A stretch of 63,860 bases of DNA, the filler included, from Reclinomonas americana ATCC 50394 (lineage: Eukaryota): assembly GCA_048213135.1 (NCBI GenBank). It is 7 parts of 3 records of this genome, joined end to end, with 100 filler letters (N's around TTAATTAATTAA, not from the genome) between each part and the next. Parts side by side here need not be neighbours in the genome. Positions count along the whole stretch, not along the records: positions 23,714 to 35,062 come from PS015086.1; positions 35,163 to 52,148 come from PS015087.1; 5 more parts are not named here. One strand, written 5' to 3'. The translations under genes were made by a program, and so were the position numbers. Within the stretch, counting starts at the first letter, position 1. Each line of letters opens with the position of its first letter. The notes beneath the pieces are model-generated. The model was given only the letters and a program-made list of their open reading frames with translations, was not told the DNA's origin and made no database searches. Positions 25,590 through 36,205 of the stretch are shown here, piece after piece.

Positions 25590-27125
25590 GCTGACACTGG
25601 TGCGTGGCGTATTCTAGTAGCTGGTAGAACAGGCTGCATGGTGCTGTGTTCTGATCCGAGAGGCGATTTGCCCGTGAGGAGAACTGAGCACAAGTCGACC
25701 AAATCGATATCTCATACGGTTCGAAATCTTGTTGTCGCTGTCCCAGTACCTTTGACTCATCCATTTTGATCGAGTCGGGGTTCATCTGGAAGCTCTTTTG
25801 CTGGGCTACTGTGTAAATTCGGAAAAAGTGAATAATTATAAAGTGTCTGCAGAGGGCCACAGAAAAGGCTGCATTACAGGAAATTCGCGACATCTTTCAG
25901 CGGGTGGGATGGTCTGGCACTGGCCGTGCTGGTCAACATAGCAGTACAAAGGACGGGCTACATGGAGCTGTGCTTGGATGCAGCAGGCGACATTCCTTTG
26001 TGGAGAGAAAAGTGCAAGTCGAACACTTCAGTATTTCGCCACAGTCAACCTTGTCGTCACTGTCCCGGTGCCTTAGACCGATCGGCTTCGACCGAGTCTG
26101 GGTTCATCCTATTGCTCTCTTGCTGGGCTAATGTGTAAATTCAGAAAAAGGGACGAAAGTGTCTTGTGACGACTTGTCACTCGAAAATGGCTTCGAAAAC
26201 TGGAAATTTGTGACTTTCTCCGGTGTGTTGGACTGGCTGGCACTGGCCTTGCTGGTCAACATAGTAGTAGAGAAGATGTGCTACATGGTACTGTGCTTGG
26301 ATCCAACAGCCAACCTGCGGTTTCGGAGAGACAATTGCAAGTCGAACGCTTCGATATTTTGCAACACTCAACCTTGTTTTCACTGTCCCGGTACCTTTGA
26401 CCGATCAGCCTCGACCGAGTCTGAGTTCCTCCTGTAGCTCTCTTGCTGGGATACTGTGTAAATTCAGAAAAAGGGACGAAAGTGTCTTGTGACGACTTGT
26501 CACTCGAAAATGGCATCGAAAGCTGGAAACTCGTGATATTCCTCGGAGTGTTGGACTGGCTGGCACTGGCCGTGCTGGTCAACATAGCAGAACAAAGGAC
26601 GGGCTACACGACGCTATGCTTGGATCCAGCAGGCGACATTCCGTTGTGAAGAGACAATTGCATGTCGAACTCTTCAGTATTTTTTCGCCACACTCGACCT
26701 TGTTGTCACTGTCCCGGTACCTTTGACCGATCGGCCTTGACCGAGTCGGGATTCACTGTGTAGTTCTCCTGCTGGGCTACTGTGTAAATTCAGAAAAAGA
26801 GACGAGAGTATCTTGTGACGGCTTGTCACTCGAATATGGCATCGAAAACTGGAAATTCGTGACATTCCCCGGTGTGTCGGACTGGCTGGCACTGGCCTTG
26901 CTGGTCACCATAGCAGTACAAAGGACGGGCTACATGGTGCTGTGCTTGCATGCAGCAGGTGGCATTTCGTTGTGGAGAGACAAGTGCAAGTCGAACACTT
27001 CAGTATTTCGCCACAGTCAACCTTGTTGTCACTGTCCCGGTACCTTAGACCGATCGGCCTCGACCGAGTCTGGGATCTCCATATAGCTCTCTTGCTGGGC
27101 TACTGTGTAAATTCAGAAAAAATGA
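25590..27125. repeat. Diverged tandem repeat, about 323-bp unit, about 4.7 copies
   Basis: Anchor CTGGG(C/A)TA(C/A)TGTGTAAATTC(A/G)GAAAAA recurs at 25801, 26123, 26446, 26772, 27095 (spacings 322, 323, 326, 323). Internal blocks (gactggctggcactggcc, cactgtcccggtacc, gaccgatcggcctcgaccgagtc) recur in register. Confidence 0.92.
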
Positions 27126-27333
27126 ATAGCATGCTTCCAGAAGGCCACAAGACAGGGCTCAAAATGAGAAATCGACACATCTCTTCGAATTCACAACATG
27201 CCATCCACGCCACCCAAATGTACCCAACGTGCATCACCACCACCACCGTCCCACGCAGCCCACACGTCACGCCAATCACCAAGGCCTGCGAATTCTCGAA
27301 TTTGCATGACAACACACACACACACACTCGCAA

Positions 27334-28772
27334 ATGAGCAAGCCAGGAGCAGCCGCACCACCACCTCCTCCTCCTTCACAACAACAACAACAACAAGCAC
27401 CTCCCGGTGGTGCCGCCGCCGCCGCCGCCCTCCCCGCCCTGCACACCGTGGCCAGCCTGCGACCACACCAAAGCAACCTGCAATTACGCGTGATCGTGCT
27501 CGACNNNNNNNNNNNNNNNNNNNNNNNNNNNNNNNNNNNNNNNNNNNNNNNNNNNNNNNNNNNNNNNNNNNNNNNNNNNNNNNNNNNNNNNNNNNNNNNN
27601 NNNNNNNNNNNNNNNNNNNNNNNNNNNNNNNNNNNNNNNNNNNNNNNNNNNNNNNNNNNNNNNNNNNNNNNNNNNNNNNNNNNNNNNNNNNNNNNNNNNN
27701 NNNNNNNNNNNNNNNNNNNNNNNNNNNNNNNNNNNNNNNNNNNNNNNNNNNNNNNNNNNNNNNNNNNNNNNNNNNNNNNNNNNNNNNNNNNNNNNNNNNN
27801 NNNNNNNNNNNNNNNNNNNNNNNNNNNNNNNNNNNNNNNNNNNNNNNNNNNNNNNNNNNNNNNNNNNNNNNNNNNNNNNNNNNNNNNNNNNNNNNNNNNN
27901 NNNNNNNNNNNNNNNNNNNNNNNNNNNNNNNNNNNNNNNNNNNNNNNNNNNNNNNNNNNNNNNNNNNNNNNNNNNNNNNNNNNNNNNNNNNNNNNNNNNN
28001 NNNNNNNNNNNNNNNNNNNNNNNNNNNNNNNNNNNNNNNNNNNNNNNNNNNNNNNNNNNNNNNNNNNNNNNNNNNNNNNNNNNNNNNNNNNNNNNNNNNN
28101 NNNNNNNNNNNNNNNNNNNNNNNNNNNNNNNNNNNNNNNNNNNNNNNNNNNNNNNNNNNNNNNNNNNNNNNNNNNNNNNNNNNNNNNNNNNNNNNNNNNN
28201 NNNNNNNNNNNNNNNNNNNNNNNNNNNNNNNNNNNNNNNNNNNNNNNNNNNNNNNNNNNNNNNNNNNNNNNNNNNNNNNNNNNNNNNNNNNNNNNNNNNN
28301 NNNNNNNNNNNNNNNNNNNNNNNNNNNNNNNNNNNNNNNNNNNNNNAAGTTGTCGCGCAAGGACATTGGCGACACGTTTGTCGGCACTGCGCTGGTGGCC
28401 GATCAGACCGCCGCCGTGCAACTGGTGCTGTGGAGCCGCGACGACTTTGACGCACTCGCACCCGGCGACATTCTGCGCGTGAAGAACGCGCAGACACAGT
28501 TCTTTCGCGGGCATTTGCAGGTGCACCCGGCACCGGCGTCGGCGCAGCGTGGGGCGGCGGGAGTGGTGCGTCGCGTGGGCGACTTTGCGCTGCTGTTCAG
28601 TGAGGTGCCGAATATGAGTGAGCTGGAGTGGGTGCAGGATCCGGCGTGTGCGCCGAGTGGGTGGGGCGTGCGGCCGCATGAGAGGTTGCCGCCGGCGGCG
28701 GGTGTGCCGGTGGCGTCGCCGGCTGCGTTGCAGGCGGTGTCGGTGGCGGGGAGTGTGCCGATGGAGCAGTGA
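27334..28772 (+). CDS. SOSS complex subunit B / NABP-type OB-fold ssDNA-binding protein
   Basis: VASLRPHQSNLQLRVIVLD...TALVADQTAAVQLVLWS...LAPGDILRVKNA...VRRVGDFALLFSEVPNMSE, matching the SOSS-B pattern (VAD.T.SI....W; GDI.RL; KIGEF.M.YSE.PN.SE). Confidence 0.85.
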
Positions 28773-29685
28773 GTGAAGACAAGTGTGTGTTTGTGAAGGG
28801 GGAGGNNNNNNNNNNNNNNNNNNNNNNNNNNNNNNNNNNNNNNNNNNNNNNNNNNNNNNNNNNNNNNNNNNNNNNNNNNNNNNNNNNNNNNNNNNNNNNN
28901 NNNNNNNNNNNNNNNNNNNNNNNNNNNNNNNNNNNNNNNNNNNNNNNNNNNNNNNNNNNNNNNNNNNNNNNNNNNNNNNNNNNNNNNNNNNNNNNNNNNN
29001 NNNNNNNNNNNNNNNNNNNNNNNNNNNNNNNNNNNNNNNNNNNNNNNNNNNNTAAGGGAGGTCCACAGATGGCCATGGGGCTGCTTATCGATATCCACCA
29101 GCGCAGAACGGCAGAGGCAGTACGCTCTTCTCAGCCAGGGAAGGGATGGTCGTGGACCAACAGCTGCCACTCGGGGCGAGGAGGAGGCGATCGTTGCTCT
29201 CCTCCTGCATGATGGCCTCTGATCGTGGGAATCACAGCTGGTGTTCGCCACTCGAGATGGGGAGCAGAAGGCTTTGTGCAGCTGAGAAGACGGTCGAGGG
29301 AATGCTGTTCTCATCGAAGCGCTTCGCCACTTGGGAAGAGGATTGTTTGCTGCGATTGTTCTCTTCCTGGTCGCTGGTATCCATGCGTTTGCGGAACCAG
29401 CCAGGTGGGAGTAATGATCGTGGAACCACAGCTCGTGATGTGTGTCGAAGGCAGCAGAAGGCGATTGTTCGTTGCGATTGTTGTCTTCCTGGTCGCGTTT
29501 GAGAAACGACTGTGGTACTGGTCTGCGTCGAAGAGTGGCTCCTGTGCACCGATACAGGCACCTCCTCGCCTCCCTGCAGATCTGGAACCACAGATTGTGC
29601 ATGCAGCAGGCAGTCACTGGCATCATTGCGAATGAAGCACTGGCACCTTCCATACACCACCGCGTTGCGTGCCTGGCTGCGTGTA

Positions 29686-30405
29686 TTAGCAGCCATACTT
29701 CTCCACCCACTCACGGGCCTTGCGATCGAATGTCTCCCGATCGGTGAGAAACTCTGCCGACATCTCGGGGCGCAGGGACATCTCGGCGATAACAGCCTCG
29801 TCCGTCTCGTGGATCAGCTCGTCCAGCGCCTTCATGACTGTTGCGCGACATGTCAACACCCACGCACCACGCTCACTCATGACAAGCCAGCGCAGTGTCA
29901 ACACACCATCCAACAGCTTGTTGGCCGGTGTCCACTCCTCGTGATCGATCGGCATGCATGTCGATCCGTCCTCGCTAATAGCGGGGTGGTATATCCTCGT
30001 CGACACCCTGGTCTGCACACAAGTAGGTAGTGCGACTTGGTTGGCACTCACAACAAGGAGCACGCAGGAGCACACTGACCAACGGCGGTCGTGACGGATA
30101 GCTACTCGGAATAGCTAGCCTGACAAAGAAAACGCCGTTCTCGTACACGGTGCCCTCCTGTCACACGCGTGTGTGTCAGTGTGAGTGGCTGCAGCTGCGT
30201 AGGAGGCGCATGAGTCCGCTGCCGCAACTTTGCCTAATATCCCCCCCGTCCAAGAGAACGGCGATGCCTCGTCTTCAGGATGGAGAGAGATGCGGTACTC
30301 GGGATTGGCTTCCAGCTCGCGCATCTCCTGCACGTGTGGATGAGAATGGCACCCTACTGAGAGAGGGAGAGAACCAACCGCTTGCAGTCGCGCGACCGCC
30401 GTCAT
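29686..30405 (-). CDS. Ubiquitin-conjugating enzyme E2, divergent copy 1 (5 exons)
   Basis: MTAVARLQA|EMRELEAN...WTGGILGK|EGTVYENGVFFV...YPSRPPL|TRVSTRIYHPAISEDGSTCMPIDHEEWTPA...WVEKYGC*; in-phase GT-AG introns. Confidence 0.88.
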
Positions 30406-30626
30406 GTGGACGAGAATGGACGATCAGCGGACACGGGACAGCACCGATCTTTGTCGACACTGCAGGTGAAGAGTGGCTCCTGTGCACCGATGCAGGCACC
30501 TCCTCGCCTCCCTGCGCATCTGGAACCACAGATTGTGCATGCAGCAGGCAGTCACTGGCATCATGGCGATTGAAGCACTGGCACCTTCCATAAACCACCG
30601 CGTAGCGTGCCTGGCGGCGTGTATTA

Positions 30627-31338
30627 AGAGGCATACTTCACCACCCACTCTCGGGCATTGCGATCGAATGCCTCCCGATCGGTGAGGAACTCTGCCGACA
30701 TCTCGGGGCACAGAGACATCTCGGCCATGACAGCCTCGTCCGTCTGGTGGATCAACTCGTCCAGCGCCTTCATGACTATCCCGCAACGTGTCAGCCACAT
30801 AGCGTATCACACTCGCTCACGGCCAGCCTGCAGCGCACCGTGCATTAATCTGAGGGCCGGAGACCACTCCTCACAGTCGATCGACAGACACGTTGTTCCG
30901 CGCTCGCTGATGCCCGGGTGGTATATCTTTGTCATCACCGTGGTCTGCATTGCCGAGCAACGGTGTGAGCGATGGTCGGCACTCACCCACCCAGAGGCAG
31001 ACCTTGGGAGGGTGGAAAGGATAGTCTCTCGGAATTTCCAGCTTGACAAAGAAGACGCCGTTCTCGTACACGGTGCCCTCCTGTCACGCGTGTGAGTGAA
31101 CAGCTGTGCGAGGTGAGTGAGGATCATGACACTGGCTGCCGCAACTTTGCCTGCTATTGATCCCGTCCAAGCAAACAGCGATGCCTCGTCGTCGGGACAG
31201 AGGGTGATGCGCTCCTCGGGTTTGGCCTCCAGCTCGCGCATCTCCTGCACGTGTGGATGAGAGCTGCGCCCCACAGGCTGTGACTGAGAGAGAGAGAGGG
31301 AGAGAACCAACCGCTTGCAATCGTGCCGCCCCTTTCAT
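30627..31338 (-). CDS. Ubiquitin-conjugating enzyme E2, divergent copy 2 (5 exons)
   Basis: MKGAARLQA|EMRELEAK...|EGTVYENGVFFVKLEIPRDYPFHPPK|TTVMTKIYHPGISERGTTCLSIDCEEWSPA...WVVKYAS*; same intron positions as copies 1 and 3. Confidence 0.88.
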
Positions 31339-31716
31339 GTGGACGACAGTGGACGATCAGCGGACACGGGACGGCGAGACACGGAAGCAATCGTCGGCTA
31401 CGCTCGAGCTCGCTTCTTGTGGAACATTGCAGGCGAGGACGAAGCGATCACGCATCGAAGCGCTTCATATTGGACAGTGCAAGTGAGGACAGAACGAGTG
31501 GAACCCACAGTAGAATTCGGAGAGGCCCTCGGCCCTTGACCTGGCCTCACCACAGATGCCTATAGGTGTTTCTCTCCTTTCATTCAATCGGAAGCCGAGA
31601 AAGAACTACAAGTTGGTTTCTGTTTGCCGGATCCAGCAATCGCCGCTGCCTCCTCCCTCCGCGTGCACGGGAGGGGATGAGTTGGCGACGAATCACTGTC
31701 TCCGTCGGGTGCCTCG

Positions 31717-33821
31717 TTACGAGGCGTACTTCTCCACATAATCGCGGACCTTGCGGTTGTAGGTCTCGCGGTCCGACGAGTACTCCTCGGCCACGTCGGC
31801 GCGCAGCGGCGAGTTGATGTCGGGCTCGTGGATCAGCAGGTCGATGGCCGTCATCACTGTGAAAGGGGGAGCGGGCGGATGAGGGCGAAGGGGAGGGGGG
31901 AAGAGGGAGAGAGCAAAAGAGAGAGAGAGAGAGAACAGAGGGCCACAGCGAGAGAATTGCATGGAGCAGAAAAACGGAGGAGATGTACAGACACACACAA
32001 ACACAGAGGAGAAGGACGGAAGCAGCAGGAAAGAGAGGTGCGCGCGCGAGACAGAGATGGAGAGTGTGTGCGCGACAAAAAGGGACATGAGACAACAATC
32101 CGCAGTAGGAAACATGATGGACATCACGAGAGAGAAAGACAGACACAAACACTGAATGGAAGAACGGAAGCAGGAGGATAGAGCGGCGGACGCAGAATGT
32201 ATGTATGTGCGTGCATGTGTGAAAGATGGAGAGTGTGTGCGCGACAAAAAGAGACATGAGACAACAATCCGCAGTAGGAAACATGATGGACATCACGAGA
32301 GAGAAATACACACAAACACAGGGAAATACGGACGCAGGAGGAAAGAGAAGACAGCAGGGAAAAGATGCGGGCGCACTGAGAGATGGAGAGTGTGTGTGTG
32401 CGTGTGTGGTCAAAGAAAAGAGAGGCAAAGAGCAAGCACGAAACATGAAGGACGGCCATCACGAGAAGAGACGCAGAAGCAAATTCTCTCTCTCTCTCAC
32501 ACACACAGAGGAGAGAGAGTGAGAGAAGAGCGAAAGCAGGAGCATAGAGAGGACAGCAGCAGGGGACAGAAGCGGGCACCCGTAGAGAAATGAGGGCACA
32601 GCGAGAGAACGGTCCGCAACAAGGAACATGAAGCAAGGATGGCCATCACGAGATGAGAAGCGCAGACACACACAGAGTGGGAAGAACGGAAGCAGGAGGA
32701 AAGAGAGGAGTGAGAGAGGGAGAGAAAACAGTGGCCCAGAGGTAGGGAGAGAAAAGACGCAGGAAGCAAAGAAGAGCTGTCAACCAAGCGCGCTGAATCC
32801 TGCAATCATCTGTGCCTCACACACTCACTGCGCATACACCCTCCGTCTTCGGTCACATCATTCTTTCCCATGGAAAAGCACATCTACATGCAAGCACTCT
32901 AGTCACCCCGACACATGAACTCATCTCCCACACAGCCACATCCACATCCTCAATGCGACCACGCAGAAGCAAGAAAACACCCCCTCCCTTCCTCAACGTC
33001 CACAACCGTCCACACAGCACCACAAACAAACCATCAATCAACTTGGTGGCCGGAGACCACTCGTCCTTAATGAGCGGCAAGCACGCCTCGCCCTCCTCCG
33101 TCACCAACGGGTGATACACCTTCGTGGTGAACTTGATCTGCACACACACACACAAAAAACAGAAGTGTCACAGTCAGTCACTCAAATCAGGCCGGACGAT
33201 GCGACTCGCTCACACAAGGTTGCTGCTGTACGTGTGCGCATGTAGCTCTCTCTCATGTGTGTGCTAGTGTGTGTGTGTGTGAACCTTTGGAGGCCGCTGC
33301 GGGTAGTCCCTCGGCACCTCGATTCTCACAAAGAACACACCATTCTCCCACGGAGTTCCCGGCTGTCACAGCGCGAGTGAGTGAGAGAGACAGTCACGCA
33401 CAAAGTCACGAGCAAGTGAGAGAGAGAGAGAGAGAGAGACTCAACTTGGCCCTCCACTGTGCCCACCCACACAAAGGGCGACGACTCATCCTCCGGATTC
33501 AAGCTGATGCGGTCGGGTTCCCTCGCCGCCAACTCGCGCACTTCCTATTAACAAAGAGAGAGAGAGACACACACACAAACAGAGAGCAACACACAAACAC
33601 AAAGAAGAGTGTGAGTTTCCATAAAAAGGCGACTCCCACTTTTTGCATGTGCGCATTAAAGGAGGCGCATACACACGGAGGAGCAAGAGCGTGTGCATGC
33701 AGAGAAGAGCGCGCGTGTGTGTGTGTGCGCGTGTGTGTCAGAGAGACAGAGAAATGCTCGACTAAAATAGCCAACGCACGCGCGCGGTTTGTGCCCTCTC
33801 ACCTTGTTCAATCGTTGCATG
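31717..33821 (-). CDS. Ubiquitin-conjugating enzyme E2 (UBE2L3/UBE2D-like), probable parental copy
   Basis: MQRLNK|EVRELAARE...WVGTVEGQ|PGTPWENGVFFVRIEVPRDYPQRPPK|IKFTTKVYHPLVTEEGEACLPLIKDEWSPATKLID|VMTAIDLLIHEPDINSPLRADVAEEY...VEKYAS*. Confidence 0.9.
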
Positions 33822-33980
33822 GTTGTGAATGGGTTTTGATGCGAGCGTGCGTGTGGAGAGCAAAGTCTCGAGAGGCCAAAAAAACACAAAAAAGTGATGT
33901 GCAATTCGGAGTTTCATTTCGTCGACTGCTCCACGGAGGGTCGATGTCGACTTGACTCTTTTCGTGTGTGCGTGCGTGAG

Positions 33981-34190
33981 ATGGCGTCCAAGGGAACACC
34001 AGTGCGCTTTGCGGTGGTTGATCGGTGAGTGGGCGTTCTTCTGCGCGTTTTTTTGTGTGTGTTTTTGTGTGTCATGGACATTCACATCACGCGCTCACTC
34101 TTTGTTTGTTTGTTTGTGTGTTTAGGAAGAACAAGCAGCTTGGCGAGTACACTGTGACGGATTATGATGACCTGCGCTCGTCGTTTGCGC
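33981..34190 (+). CDS. 5' exons of an unidentified gene (possibly a ubiquitin-like N-terminus such as that of trans-2-enoyl-CoA reductase)
   Basis: MASKGTPVRFAVVDR|KNKQLGEYTVTDYDDLRSSFA joined by a clean GTGAGT...TTTAG intron; continues into gaps. Family assignment is a guess. Confidence 0.35.
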
Positions 34191-34977
34191 GTGCGAGTTG
34201 CGCTTTTTTGTGTGCATGTGGAAATAGTTTATCCGATTTGCAGTGTGCATGACAAGTGTGTGGGTGAGGGAGGGAGAGACAGANNNNNNNNNNNNNNNNN
34301 NNNNNNNNNNNNNNNNNNNNNNNNNNNNNNNNNNNNNNNNNNNNNNNNNNNNNNNNNNNNNNNNNNNNNNNNNNNNNNNNNNNNNNNNNNNNNNNNNNNN
34401 NNNNNNNNNNNNNNNNNNNNNNNNNNNNNNNNNNNNNNNNNNNNNNNNNNNNNNNNNNNNNNNNNNNNNNNNNNNNNNNNNNNNNNNNNNNNNNNNNNNN
34501 NNNNNNNNNNNNNNNNNNNNNNNNNNNNNNNNNNNNNNNNNNNNNNNNNNNNNNNNNNGAGAGAGAGAGAGAGAGAGAGACACTCTCCTGAGAGCCCAAC
34601 AAGACAAGACGCTATCTGCGCACTTCACTCTTCCCTGTAAAACGAAGAGAAAGATGAGTGCGTCGTGCGAGTTGCAGCTCGCCGTTCGTTCTTCTCAGAG
34701 AGCACAGATTGAAAGAAGAGCACGTACTGCAGCCCTCGTGTCTCTCTTCCCTGTGAGACAGAGAAGAGAAAAACAGTGATTGGATTTTGCCTCTTCACTC
34801 TTCCCTGTCTCTCTCTTCACTGTGTCCGGAAGAGGCGGAGTGAGTGAGAACACAGGTGGAACACAGCAGCTAAAGTTGTACTCTACTCTGAGAAGCGCGA
34901 GAGAAGAGAATAGACCAGTACACTGCTTGCATTTCGCCTTTCCCTCATTTGCAGCACTGATTTCACTCCTGTCTTCT

Positions 34978-35062
<85 letters not shown>

Positions 35063-35175
35063 NNNNNNNNNNNNNNNNNNNNNNNNNNNNNNNNNNNNNN
35101 NNNNNNTTAATTAATTAANNNNNNNNNNNNNNNNNNNNNNNNNNNNNNNNNNNNNNNNNNNNTCGTCGTCTCGTC

Positions 35176-35269
<94 letters not shown>

Positions 35270-35298
35270 GTCTCCTCAAGCAACTCATCGTCCGCAAC

Positions 35299-36110
35299 TG
35301 GCAGGCATTCCGCCCTTTGCGCGTGCGCGAGATGTGCTGCAGGGACCGCAGGCGGAAGAATTTCTCGCGCTCTGTCGCGATGTGCCGCTGGAGGTGGTGG
35401 CGCAAGGATTTGGTCTGCGACGCGATCTCTCTCCTTCCTGTTGCTTGTTATGTCACTTAATCTGTGCCTCCCTCGCACAGAGTACGGCGTGTCGACCAAG
35501 GACGAGAAGCGTTTCGAGAACTGGCTGCGCTGCTACGGCAAGGGCGCGTGCGTGACGGACGCCGGAGGGCGCACCATGTGGTACTTTGGTCCGGTGGGCC
35601 CGCTCTTCAAGGGCAAGAAAGTGTCGCCGGTTGGTCATGCACCAGCTCATGCGCCTGCTTCTCTATACACTGATTTGTGGAGTGCAGCGTCCATTCCCTC
35701 CAGCCCCCGATGCCTCTTCGTCGTCGTCATCATCCACGGCTGCCACCACGGCGGCTGCACCGATGAAGGTGGAGGACAGTGGCATTCTCGGTGTGGCTCA
35801 GCGTGTGGCACGCACCGCGCATCGCAATCGCAAGGCCGCCGCAGCGCAGGGTGCCGTGACGCAGTACCACGGCAAATCCGCCAAGCCGGCCAAGAAAGGT
35901 GCCAGTCGCAAGACCGAGGCCGCCGATGACGACGAGGATGAAGAGGACACCGATCCGCCACCGCCACCGGCCGCTGTCAAACAGGAGGATGCAGAGATGA
36001 GCGACCTGGTGCCGAGGCGATTGACCCGCGCGTCGGCGGCTAAACGCGCGCCCGCCGTGCCTTCTACCGACAGTGGCGAGCCAGCGGTGAAGCGGAAGCG
36101 GAGAAAGTAA
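35299..36110 (+). CDS. NEIL1: Endonuclease VIII-like 1 DNA glycosylase, C-terminal part
   Basis: AGIPPFARARDVL...EFLALCRDVPLEVV...FENWLRCYGKG...DAGGRTMWYFGPVGPL closely parallels the NEIL1 zincless-finger region (IPPFEKARSVL...LLELCHSVPKEVV...FRAWLRCY...DRHGRTIWFQGDPGPL), followed by a basic disordered tail (KRKRRK*). The N-terminus is in a gap. Confidence 0.85.
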
Positions 36111-36205
36111 GGGTGCACGAGTGTGGGGAAGGGGCGAAAATGAATTCACAATCAACATGCGTACATAGGGGGTCGTTGGGGTGGTGATCTTCTCTCAAAA
36201 CCTCC

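Noticed and set aside
25590-27125. Possible CRISPR array or repeat-protein gene
   Set aside because: The whole 323-bp unit is repeated with no unique spacers; unit lengths are mostly not multiples of 3 and stops interrupt the frames.
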